Positions 1-10,878 of a stretch of 64,000 nt of DNA are shown here, one piece after another. The stretch lies in assembly GCA_963845755.1 (NCBI GenBank), contig CAWJTV010000033.1, forward strand, positions 519,473-583,472, given 5' to 3'. A program made the position numbers and the translations under genes. The stretch comes from an uncultured Planctomycetota bacterium. GTDB taxonomy: Bacteria > Planctomycetota > Planctomycetia > Isosphaerales > Isosphaeraceae. Each line of letters opens with the position of its first letter. The first letter of the stretch is position 1. The notes beneath the pieces were generated by a model, which was not told where the DNA came from, ran no database searches, and was given only the letters and a program-made list of their open reading frames with translations.

Positions 1-1159
1 TTGGTCCGCGAGCAGGTGGGCCTGGGTCACGCCATCTATCCGCAAGGGGGCGGCACGGCGCTCGACTACGGCGGCATCCCTCGCCGTCCGGGCGTGATCG
101 TGAGCACCCGCGGCCTCGACCGGCTGATCGATTACCCGTTCGCCGACATGACGATCACCGTCCAGGCCGGGATGACCCTCTCGGCCCTCCGCGCCATCCT
201 GGCCGAGAAGCATCAGCGCGGTGCTGGTCGACGCGCCCCATCCCGATCGAGCGACGCTCGGCGGCATCTACGCGACCAACACGACCGGCCCGCGACGCTT
301 CGGAGCCGGCCGCCCCCGCGACCAGATCATCGGCGTCAGCTTCGTCACCTCGGAGGGCGTGGTCGTCAAAGGCGGCGGGCGGGTCGTCAAGAATGTCGCC
401 GGCTACGACTTTCCCAAGCTCCTGACCGGCTCGATGGGCACGCTCGGCATCATCACGCAATTGACCCTCAAGATTCGCCCGATCCCCGAAGCTTCCGCAA
501 TCGCCTGGGTCCCGTGGATTCACCCGGATCGACTCGCCACGGCGATCGACGGATTCAACCTGTCCGGTACCCGGCCGATCGCCCTGGAGCTCCTCAATCG
601 TCGGGCCGCTGCCACCGTGGGCCAATCGCTGGGATTACCGGCGGATCACGCGGTACTGGCCATCGGCCTCGAAGATAATGCCGAGTCGGTCCGCTGGCAG
701 ATCGACCGCCTGAAAGCCGAGTTGGGGCGGACCGACCTCGTCGTCGTCGAGGGCGAGCCGTCTGCATTGCTCTGGGAGTCTCTCAACGGATTTCAGGCTT
801 CCTCAATCGGGCCGATCAGCTTCGTCGCCAACCTCCGGCCCTCGTCGGTCGCGGCGTTCGTCGCGGGCCTGGACCCGGATCGTTGGTCGGTCCAGGCGCA
901 TGCGGGCAACGGGATCGTCCGCGCCCACGGTCTGGACGAATGGACCAGGGACGCGGCGGTCCAGCAGATCGACCCCCTGCGACGGCGAGCCGTGGCCGAC
1001 GGCGGTAATCTGATCGTCTCGCGATGCCCGACCGAATGGAAGGAGAGCCTGCGCGTCTGGGGAGAGCCTCGTGCCGACTGGGCCATCGCCGAACGCGTCC
1101 GGGCCGCCCTCGATCCCCATGGGTCCATGAATCCGGGCCGGTTCGTCTTCTCCTCGTAG
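1..1159 (+). CDS. FAD-binding oxidoreductase, GlcE-like (5' end outside window; apparent frameshift near 220)
   Basis: Frame 1 has GGGT..DYG and DMTITVQAG. ORF 221..1159 has ATLGG, GGRVVKNVAGYD..KLLTGSMGTLGII and the C-terminal DPHGSMNPGRF typical of the FAD-binding PCMH/GlcE family. Confidence 0.8.
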
Positions 1160-1181
1160 TCAGCAGTCAGTAGTCAGTAGA
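1156..1181 (+). repeat. short heptamer tandem (CAG(C/T)AGT-like), degenerate inverted counterpart near 1265-1292
   Basis: gtagt-cagcagt-cagtagt-cagtaga lies directly after the stop codon. Confidence 0.4.
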
Positions 1182-1389
1182 ATCATCGATCGGGCGTGGT
1201 GGAATCCGAATCTGTCATAACCTTCGCAACTCAGGCAGCTCCCTGCGACGTCAAACCGCTTCCGACTCAGCACTGACACTACTGCACGACTGCGATTTGG
1301 GGTTGATGGGGGCGAACGCCCCGGATTATAACCGGATTCGCCTGGAAGTGGAGATCCGAAGATCGGGCAAGGAGAAGGGTATCACGAAT

Positions 1390-2169
1390 ATGGCCGATGG
1401 AGCGAGTGGTGCTTCGGCGGGATGTCGCGTCGATCTGGCGGGTCGCGTGGCGCTGGTGACGGGGGCGTCGCGCGGGATCGGACCGGGCGATCGCCATACG
1501 GCTGGCCGCCTGCGGTGCTTCGGTTGCGGGCGTGGCGCGCACCCTGGACGGGCTGCAAACGACGCTCCAGACGATCCGCGAGGCGGGGGGAACCGCCGAG
1601 GGTTATGCCGCCAATGTCGCCGTGTCGGCCGATGTGCAGCGTGTCGTCAACGAAATCGAAGCGAAATTCCAGCGGATCGACGTCCTGGTCAACAATGCCG
1701 GAGTGACGCGCGACGGCCTGATGCTTCGCATGGAAGACAACGCCTGGCAGGAGGTCATCGACACGAACCTCAAGGGGACGTTCCTCTTCTCAAGAGCGGT
1801 AGGCGTCTGTATGATGCGCGCACGATATGGGCGGATCATCAACATCAGCAGCGTGGCCGGCTTGACCGGCAACCCGGGCCAGGCCAACTACGCGGCGAGC
1901 AAGGCGGGTGTCATCGGATTCAGCAAGACGGTGGCACGCGAGTTGGGGTCGCGCGGAATCACGGTCAACGTGGTGGCGCCCGGCTTCATCACGACGGACA
2001 TGACGGACGTTCTACCAGAGAAGATCAAGGCCGAGGTGAAGGAGCGCGTCCCCGTACGACGATTCGGGACGCCGGAGGACATCGCCGACCTGGTCTGCTA
2101 TCTGGCCGGCCCGGCGCCAGCTACCTCACCGGGCAAGTCATTGCCGTCGATGGCGGCCTGACCGCGTGA
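1390..2169 (+). CDS. fabG: 3-oxoacyl-ACP reductase (two compensating frameshifts near 1483 and 2113)
   Basis: VALVTGASRGIG, LVNNAGVTRD, NYAASKAG and YLTGQVIAVDGG motifs. Lies upstream of acpP and fabF. Confidence 0.93.
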   Translation: MADGASGASAGCRVDLAGRVALVTGASRGIGPGDRHTAGRLRCFGCGRGAHPGRAANDAPDDPRGGGNRRGLCRQCRRVGRCAACRQRNRSEIPADRRPGQQCRSDARRPDASHGRQRLAGGHRHEPQGDVPLLKSGRRLYDARTIWADHQHQQRGRLDRQPGPGQLRGEQGGCHRIQQDGGTRVGVARNHGQRGGARLHHDGHDGRSTREDQGRGEGARPRTTIRDAGGHRRPGLLSGRPGASYLTGQVIAVDGGLTA

Positions 2170-2390
2170 ACCGAATTCCGAACCCGAGAATCCCTCATGG
2201 ATCCCGTTCCATCGCCGGCCCTGCCGTGACAGACGTCCGATGGACATCGGGGGCAAGATTTGCTAAGTTGAGTCTTGGTCGCGGTTTCGACCGATCCCGG
2301 AGAACCAGGATGGCCAGCAACATCCGTCGCTGACGCGACCGATCCCTCGAAACCAGGATCGAAAAACCAGTGCTAGCAGGAGGTTCGCCC

Positions 2391-2630
2391 GTGTCCGTGG
2401 AAGAGCGCGTTATCGAAATCGTCAGTGAGCAGATGGGAGTCTCCAAGGACCAGGTCACCCGGGAGACCTCCTTCGTCAACGACCTCGGTGCCGATTCGCT
2501 CGACACCGTGGAGCTTGTGATGGAGTTCGAAGAGGAGTTCGACATCACCATCCCTGACGAGGAGGCCGAGAAGATCCAGACCGTCGGCCAGGCGATCGAC
2601 TACATCGAGCAGCACACGCACTCCAAGTAA
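2391..2630 (+). CDS. acpP: acyl carrier protein
   Basis: [20 protein letters not shown] phosphopantetheine site. GTG start after AGGAGG. Confidence 0.97.
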   Translation: MSVEERVIEIVSEQMGVSKDQVTRETSFVNDLGADSLDTVELVMEFEEEFDITIPDEEAEKIQTVGQAIDYIEQHTHSK

Positions 2631-2633
2631 CGC

Positions 2634-2662
2634 GGCCCGTTCCGAGCACGGCTCGAACGGGC
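2634..2662. other. GC-rich stem-loop between acpP and fabF
   Basis: GCCCGTTC(C)GAGC-acg-GCTCGAACGGGC inverted repeat with no U-tract. Confidence 0.4.
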
Positions 2663-2765
2663 GACCGCGTCCTGGCGTGGACCCGGACCGGGATCGATCC
2701 CGTGCGCAACCCGGTTCCACGACTCCCACCCCCGATGGCGATTTAACCAGCAGAAGCATCAGATC

Positions 2766-4024
2766 ATGGGACATCCACGCCGCGTCGTCATCACCGGGAT
2801 GGGGGTGGTCACGTCGCTGGGCGAAAGCCTGGATCGGTTCTGGTCGGCGCTGTGTGCCGGCCAAAGCGGCATCGTGCCGCTGACCCTCTTCGACACCTCC
2901 GAGTTCAAGGTCCGCTTCGGCGGGCAGGTCCTCGACTGGGACCCGGCGGCCCGGTTCGGGGTCAAGGAGGCACGCCACCTGGATCGCTTCGCGCAATTCG
3001 CCGTGGCGGCGTCGATCTCGGCGGTGGAGGATTCCGGGATCGATTTCTCCCGGCTCCCCGCGGATCAGTGCGGGGTGATGATCGGGTCGGGGATCGGCGG
3101 GCTCAGCGAGTTCGAGAGCCAGCATACGGTGATGATGCAGAAGGGCCCGTCGCGGATCAGCCCGTTCACCATCCCCAAGCTGATGGTCAACGCCGGCAGC
3201 GGCCAGGTCTCGATCCGTTGGGGACTGCAAGGCCCGTGCTCGGCGGTGGCCACGGCCTGCGCCTCGGCGGCCAACGCGATCGGCGATGCCTTCAAGTGGA
3301 TCCAGACCGGCTGGGCCGACGTGATGATCACCGGCGGCAGCGAGGCCGCGATCACCCACATGGGCCTCGGCGGGTTCGCCGCGATGCGCGCCCTCTCGAC
3401 CCGCAACGACGACCCGACCCGCGCCAGCCGCCCCTTCGACCGCGATCGCGACGGCTTCGTCCTGGCCGAAGGGGCCGGCGTCCTGATCCTCGAAGCCGAA
3501 GAGGTGGCGCGCCAGCGCGGGCGCGGATCTATGCCGAACTGCTCGGCTATGGCATCTCGGCCGACGGCTGGCACATCACCGCCCCGGACGAGGAAGGCCG
3601 CGGCGCCGCCCGCGCCATGAAACGCTGTTTCGCCGACGCCCAGGTCGAGCCGGACGCCGTCGATTACATCAACGCGCACGGGACCAGCACCCCGCTGGGC
3701 GACCTGGCCGAGACCATCGCCATGAAGCAGGTCTTCGGCGCCCACGCGGGCCGGCTCCAGATCTCCAGCACCAAGAGCCAGCTCGGACACCTCCTCGGCG
3801 CCTCCGGCGGCGTCGAGCTCGTCGCCTCCGCCCTGGCGATCCAGACCGGCGTGCTGCCCCCGACCATCAACCTCGACCACCCCGGTGAAGGCTGCGACCT
3901 CGACTACATTCCCAACGTGGCGCGCGAAGCCCGCGTGAACACGGTCATGTCTAACAGCTTCGGCTTCGGCGGTCATAACGCCAGCTTGCTGATCGGTCGG
4001 TATGCACCAGCGGGTCGGTCCTGA
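2766..4024 (+). CDS. fabF: beta-ketoacyl-ACP synthase II (apparent frameshift near 3520)
   Basis: RRVVITGMG, TACASA (catalytic Cys), YINAHGTST, KSQLGHLLGA and SNSFGFGGHN, split over two frames. Confidence 0.95.
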
Positions 4025-4196
4025 TCGACCTCGGTCCGATGAGGGACTGTGGCTGGATCGCCGACATCCTGCGCGCCTGGAAAAATTCCGCAGGGCACTT
4101 TTCATTCTTCGCCCTTTTTGATCAAATCCACCTTCAATTCGCAGCCGCGACTGTTTCCCACATCGTATTCCGACGGTTACACCGGGGAGCCTGCTC

Positions 4197-7100
4197 ATGG
4201 GTTTATCCGCCCGGATCAAGGACAAGCTCAGCCTGGTCCAGAAGAACAACGCCCAAGGCGTGGTGGCCCGGTTCAAGAGCGTGACCAAGTTCCTCGCCGA
4301 GGCTGTCGAGGCCGCGAAGGACAACGACGCCATTCAGGGGGTGATCAAGGCGGTTCCATGGGAGTCGGTAACGATCGTGGGTAAGAGTGTCGTGCAGGCC
4401 CTCCCGCCACTCAAGTTCGTCTATTCTCTGATCGAGAAACTGACCGAAATCACCGAGCCCGATGAGCTGGGCTACCTGGCTTGCACGGTGGCCTATCAGA
4501 GATCGGTGGAACAGGCGTTTCGAGCGGTGAGTCCAACCACCCACACCGCGGTTGACGCCGCGGCACTCAAGAAACGTCTCGAGGCCGAAGCCGATAAGCT
4601 GGACGATTTCAGGGCGTTCTCCTTCGAAACGGCGTTGACCCATCGGTTTGTCGTCGAAGCCGACGCGGCTCTGCAAGTCTTCGCCGAAGGTTTCCACTTC
4701 GATGGAGACCAAACTCGCAAGATCCTCGACGAGGTCCACAGCCGATTCGTCTCGAACCTGAAAGACGTCCTGGCCACGACCGAGCGATTCAAGAACTTCA
4801 AGGAACGGCTAGCGCTCGGCTCGGCCGAGACCCGCGCGCAACGGGCCCTACAGCTCCACGCTGCCTATCAAGTGTGGCAGTTCGAGGAGCGCCCGGTCTT
4901 CGGTGGTGAGCCGTTCTCCCTGCAGGAGATCTACGTCGAAGTCGAGTCTGGCAATCTTCGCTGGGAAGCGGTCCGCAAGTCGCGTTCTCGCGAGTCAGGG
5001 CTGACACTTCAGGCACCGATCAGGGTTATTGATCCTTTTGTGGAAACGGAAGAAAGCGGTGGTCGCGAATCGTTGCTCCATGCGGTCCTCGACCTGATGG
5101 CCGATCAGACCTATCGGGATGCCATTGTGATCCAGGGGGTGGCGGGATCGGGAAAGTCGACTTTCACCCTGCGGCTGTGCGCTAAGCTGCGGGAACTGGG
5201 CTTGCGACCAATCCGCATTCGGCTCAGTGACCTGGCGCTCGATGAAACTCGCCCGATTCGCGATGCCCTCTCGCTGGCCGTGCAATTCTATGATCCCGGA
5301 AACGAGGAAACCCCTGGCTGGGACTTACCGGGACTCGGGGAAGATATCTTCCAGGGCGGGGCGATCTTCAACGACCCCGTGCCCTTCACGCATGGCGTAA
5401 AGAAGGCGACGATCAGTCGCTACGTGTTGATCCTCGACGCCTGGGATGAGTTGAGCGTCGGGGTCTCCGGTAATCTCCACGACCGCATCGAACGGGTGCT
5501 GACGTCGATCCGCAACGAATTCCTGACGAATCGCCCCCCCAGGATTCGGGTGATCCTGACCGGCCGTCCTTCGACCGCCGTGGAGGAGAGCCGCTTTCTC
5601 AAGGATGATACGGCACTCTTGACGATCCGATCCTTGAGCCCTCTCCATCTCCGTGATCTGGTCGCCCGACTCGGCCGCGTGCTGGCCCGCCCCGTCTCCC
5701 GGGACGACGGCTCCTCCGCTCCGGCGCGCGCTTCGCTTGACCCGGCGACGTTCGAGCCGCTGTTCCAGACCTATGAACAAAATGATAAAGGGTTGCGCAA
5801 CTCGGAGCACGCGGCTTCCGATTCCAGCCCGCTTGGTGTGTTAGGGATGCCGCTGCTGGCTCAAGTGGTAGTCCGGCTGGTGGTCGAGGCGAATGTGCAA
5901 CCTCAGTCTCTCGTTACCGACCCGACGACACTTTTTCGCCGGCTGGTCGACCTGACGTGCGAGGCGTCTGGCCAAGTCATTAGCAACGTCGCACACCTTG
6001 CCCAGACGCCCCGGTTCCAAGGCCAGGAGCTGCGCTGGCTGCTCCGATACACGGCCTCAGCGATCACGGTCTGTGGCATGGAAGCTATTTCCGGAGATGA
6101 GCTGTATTTCCGCCTCTTGGAACTCGATCGGGATGGCACCCTCGCGACGACAGCCGGCCAGGGACGAATCGATGAGGTGACAAGTCGGAACCGATTGACC
6201 AGCCTTCTGATCAGCTACTACTTCAAGACGGGCCACTTCGAGGCCGGCTGCGAGTTCGCTCACAAATCGTTCCGCGAGTACCTCTTCGCCGAGGCGATCG
6301 TCGAAGAACTCAAAGAGTACGCTCGTAGTAGGCCGCTGCCATCGCGCGGACGCGGCGCCTTTTGGATGGACTTCGACGAGAGCGATCCGCGGCAATTTTC
6401 GCATCCAGCCTCGTTAAGCCGAAGGCTAGGAATGCTACTGGCGCCTGGCTGGCTAAGCCCAGAGGTCGAAAACCACATTCTCAATCTGATCGCCTGGGAA
6501 GTCAGCCGCGAATCCGCTGTCGGAGACTTGGACTTGCAGCGCCTGCGAGCGCTGCCGACCGACCCGATCACTCTGGAACATTGGGTTCGCATCCGCGACG
6601 ACCTGGCGGACCTGTGGGAATGGTGGGGCGAGGGCGTCCACCTGCGACCACAGATCAAACTAAGGGGTGGGCAGATTCAGGGATTTGACTCAAAACTCAT
6701 TGCTATCGAACTGATCGAATGGGCACTTCCTAAAGACTTTCCACGAAAGACCGTGCTGCCTCCGTCACCGCAAAGGACCACCACCGTTGACGCTCACCTG
6801 GGGGCTGGGCTCTTCCTCCTCTGTGTCGCAATCCATCGCGAGATCGCCCGGTGGCAGGAGACGCAGGAACAAGGCACTAAGGAGCCACTTCTAGCTTATG
6901 ACCTGCAAGCGACGATCGATCATCCCAAACCTTACCAGTCGCGCCAGAAGCGACCGACGGGCGATGAGGTTCGATTCCATCCCTCATCGCGAGAGAATTA
7001 CTTGAAGAACTACATCGCGCGCATCAATGCGGCTGGCTGGCGACCGAGGGGCGGGTTCCCTCGCGGAGCTGACTTGAGCCGAGCTGATTTGCGCCGGGCC

Positions 7101-7411
7101 GACCTGAGCCGAGCCGACTTGCGCCGGGCCGACCTGAGCCGAGCCGACTTGCGCGAGGCCGACCTGAGCCGGGCCGACCTGCGCGGGGCTTACTTACGCG
7201 GGGTCTACTTCGCGGCGCCTACCTGCGCGGCGCCTACCTTATCGGAGCTGACTTGAGCGAGGCCGACCTGACCGGGGCCGACCTGACCGGGGCCGACCTG
7301 ACCGGGGCCGTGAATCTGACCCAGGAACAGGTCAATTTAGCTGGCGGTGACGTAGATAGCAGAATACCCGACTGGTTGGAGAGACCAGCAAGTTGGACCC
7401 AACATGGTTGA
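4197..7411 (+). CDS. NACHT/STAND NTPase with C-terminal pentapeptide repeats (frameshift near 7210; the corrected frame ends at TGA 7409-7411)
   Basis: Walker A GVAGSGKST, Walker B YVLILDAWDE, ILTGRP sensor, GMPLL, FAHKSFREYL. ADLSR/ADLTG repeats are followed by NLTQEQV...IPDWLERP. Confidence 0.85.
7068..7309 (+). repeat. 15-bp coding repeats (pentapeptide ADLxx/AYLxx)
   Basis: Tandem gccgacctgagccga / gccgacctgaccggg units. Confidence 0.9.
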
Positions 7412-7863
7412 AGTCGCTGTGACCCATAGGCGGATGATGTGGGTCTCGAGGGATGCGGTCGATGAATCTGTTCAACTCGTTGTATGAGCTCCTCGACCCT
7501 TGTACTACCTTGATTCAAGAACGACCGCGATTCGATAGAGGCTGTCGATCCGTGTGCCGACCTTGTGATCGAACTTCTCAGCGTGGTCGTGGATCTTCCT
7601 GATCGAACGACAGGATCTCGCCCCACCCGCTCTCGATGTCTTCCGGCCCGGCCATGCTCGACCTCCGTCAGGCGTCTCAACCAGACTGGCTGGACCGTCG
7701 GCCAATGATCCGTCTTGTCGAGCCGTTGACCCTCGGTCATCGCGGCGTTCGACGCGTCGGATCGACGCGGAGGATTTGTACGAGGCGATGATCGTACGTT
7801 ACAATCCTCGGAACCTCCGGCGATAAGGCCGGCCTGGCGAACTTCCACGATGAGGCGGATGAC

Positions 7864-9308
7864 ATGAAGGTTCTGGACTGGCAAGAGCTGACCCTCGATC
7901 CCGGAATCCTCCGTGAACCCGCGGCAGAGGGGGGTCGCATCGTGTTGTGGCTCCCGGGCGAACAGAACGGCGCCTTTCAGCACTGGGAGCGCATCGGCAG
8001 CGTGGCCCGCGCGGAGGTTAGCGAGGAACAGGGGCTCTGCACCATCGCGGCGACATCGGTCCCGGCCCGACAGCGAATCAAGGGGGTGCTGGGGAAGCTG
8101 CTGGGCCGCCTCCATGAAGCGAAGGGCAGCAGGGCGCTCGTCCTCCCCAGCGGCGAGTCGGCCGAGCAATCCGGTGAACGCGCCACGGATCTCCTGCTGG
8201 TCTGGGATGCGGAAGACGCGGAGTCGCTCGAGGAGGGGCGAATCCAATCCCGATGGCCCGAGGCTGGGCGGTATCGGCGACTGGGACCGAAACTCTTCCT
8301 GGTCGGCGGCCTGGGGGCCAAGAGTGTTTCGACCGCCGCTCCGCAGCCGCTCCCACCTACGGATGGGTGCCCTCGAGCGCTGGCCGAGCAGATACTGACC
8401 GGGGCGCGCGCCATCGGCGACCGCACCAAAGAAGTCACGGCGCTCACCGATCTGGCCATCATCACATTGAGCGAAGGCGACCCCCGCGGCGCCATCACCT
8501 TGTTCGACCAGGCCCTGCCCCTGGCTCGCCAGCTCGGCGACGCCGTCAGAGAAAGCGACATCATGGGCAACCTGGGGCTGGCCTTGCTATATGTCCAGCA
8601 GCCGGGACGCGCGCGCAGCTCTTCGAACACACCCTGGCGCACGCCCGCTCGACCGCGGACCCCATGGCCGAGAAAGTCGCCCTGGAGCGGCTGGGCCTGG
8701 CCGCCTCGAACGTGGGTGATTCCCACAAGGCCCTGTCCTATTATGAGCAGGCGCTGAGCCTCGCTCGCCGGGTCGGGGATCGGCAGCAGGAAGCCAACCT
8801 GCTCTGGCTCCAGGGGATTCAGCTCGCGGAACTGGGACAGCGCGATGCCGCGATCGCCAGCGCCCAGGACGCCATCTCCCTCTTCAGCATCCTGGGCAAA
8901 CCCCAGGCCGGTTGGTACGGCGCCTATCTCCAGAAGTACCGGATGGGCCTGTACGACACCTGGCCGGCCCAGGAGTCCTCGGGCGTGATCTCCGGCCCGC
9001 AAGCCTTCCTGGGCGGGTCGCTCACGGCCGGAGTCATGGCCGGTCCGCCCGCCGGCGGATCGACCACACCCAAGTCCACCAATGGGCCCGGCCTCCTCCG
9101 GATGGCCCTCTCCGCCACCAAGTCCATGACGCAGTTCGCCGGCTCGGGGTTCAAGACCACCGCGCCCGAGGTCCGGCGCCAGCGCCTCCAGACCTGCGCC
9201 TCCTGCGAACATCACACCGGATTGCGCTGCAAGATCTGCGGTTGCTTCACCGGCGCCAAGAGCAAGCTCCTCCACGAGTCGTGCCCCCTCGGCAAGTGGC
9301 CGGCGTGA
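7864..9308 (+). CDS. TPR-repeat protein with C-terminal Cys-rich (DUF6171-like) domain; frameshift near 8610
   Basis: TPR-like helices (ALTDLAII...AITLFDQALPLARQLGD; ALSYYEQALSLARRVGDR). C-terminus RRQRLQTCASCEHHTGLRCKICGCFTGAKSKLLHESCPLGKW. Confidence 0.75.
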
Positions 9309-9381
9309 GGGCGAGAACACCAGTCTCAATCCTTGGAGAGGTTGGGGTGTCGAGAAGGAATGGCTCACGGAGAGCTCGGAG

Positions 9382-10222
9382 ATGGACGAACGGTTTCATG
9401 CGGCACAGGCGGCCCTGACCGCTGGCGACGTCGAGGGTCTGGCCTCACTCTTGACCGCGGATCCGGGGCTGGCCACGGAACGATCCCGGCGCAGCCATCC
9501 CACGATCCTCCAGTGCCTCGTCCTCACCACGCCACCGGTTCAACGCGCTGGAAGTCCTGATCGAACTTCTGGCGGCTCACGGCGCCGAGCTGACCGAACC
9601 CCTCATCGCGGCCAGCGGCATGAATAACGTCCGAGCGATCGTGAAATTGCTGGACATGGGGGCGCGGATCGAGGGCAATGGCCAGTGGTCGCCGCTGGAG
9701 GAGGCACTTTATTGGTGTCATGAGGCTGCCGTGTCGCTGCTGCTGGATCGCGGAGCCCCCGTCGCGAACCTCCGCACTGCCGCGGCGCTGGGAGATCTGG
9801 ACCGGATCGCCCAATGCTTCGATGAGCAGGGCGATCTGTCGGCGGCTGCCGGCGAAGTCGCGTGGCCATTCTTCACGGCCCTCTCGCCCATTCCGCCCGA
9901 TGTCTGTCGCGATCGCCAACAGGTCCTCGGCAATGCCCTGGTCTACGCGGTGGCCTGGGGACAGGCGGAGGCCGTGAGGCTCCTCATCGGCCATGGCGCC
10001 CAGGTCAACCTCATCCCCGCCGGCTTTGATTTCGCGGGCACACCCCTCCATTACGCGGCGCTCCAGGGTCGCCGCGAGATGGTCGATCAACTTCTCCGCG
10101 CGGGCGCCGATCCGGATATCCGAGACGCCAAGATTGGTAAGCTCCCCGAGGATTGGGCCGACCACGACAAACACCACGACCTTGCGGAATACCTGCGGCT
10201 GGTCCGCCGGAATCGCGGATGA
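9382..10222 (+). CDS. ankyrin-repeat protein (frameshift near 9540)
   Basis: SPLEEALYW...LLLDRGA and GTPLHYAALQGRREMVDQLLRAGADPDIRD. Confidence 0.85.
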
Positions 10223-10231
10223 TCTGATGCG

Positions 10232-10696
10232 TCACCGAACCCCCCATTCCCATAAGCCATAGGCCGTCTTCTGGTCCAGCGGATGCCCGGAGAGCTTCAA
10301 GGCCCAGCCCGCCTGGCCCCGGTGATGCGACTCGTGCGCGATGAGATAGCCGAGGAACGCCGTGGCGTGCGGCTTGAATCCTTTGATCTTCCCGTTCGCA
10401 GCGAGCCCTTTTCGCAAGAGTTCCTCGATGGCCCGTCCGGAAGCCTCCAGCGCGGCTCGCAACCTCGCCCGGGTTCCGACCGTCTTGGTTTCGATCTTTT
10501 CCAGCCCCTCGAGCAGCTCCGGAGCCGCGGCCTTCAGCCACATCAGCCGGACGTTATGGATATGAGCGAACAGGTCATGGACCGTCCGGCACTTGGGCGA
10601 GGGCGTTGCGGCCATCGCCTCGTCGGAGATCGCATCCAGGAAGTAGAGGTTGATCCGATTGTGGATCGCCCAGGTTTCGATCATCTGGTCTTCCAT
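10232..10696 (-). CDS. DinB/YfiT family protein
   Basis: 154 aa with FAHIHNVR and LIAHESHHRGQ His-triad pattern. Confidence 0.85.
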   Translation of the reverse strand: MEDQMIETWAIHNRINLYFLDAISDEAMAATPSPKCRTVHDLFAHIHNVRLMWLKAAAPELLEGLEKIETKTVGTRARLRAALEASGRAIEELLRKGLAANGKIKGFKPHATAFLGYLIAHESHHRGQAGWALKLSGHPLDQKTAYGLWEWGVR

Positions 10697-10878
10697 GAGG
10701 AAATCCTCTTCGCTACAACGACTTCTCCGCGGCCCTTCCTTAACGAGTACGTGGCAACAAAATGAGTCGATGTCTCATCGTGGAGAGCCCGATGCGCTGG
10801 CGCATTCGTGTGAATGATATCGTCGGGAACCGTAGGCGTTCTGCTGTCGAATCGACGTTTTCCGGCGGCCTGGAGCGC

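Noticed and set aside
1390..4024. Type II PKS or specialised-metabolite cluster
   Set aside because: Canonical fabG-acpP-fabF with no chain-length factor, cyclases or tailoring genes.
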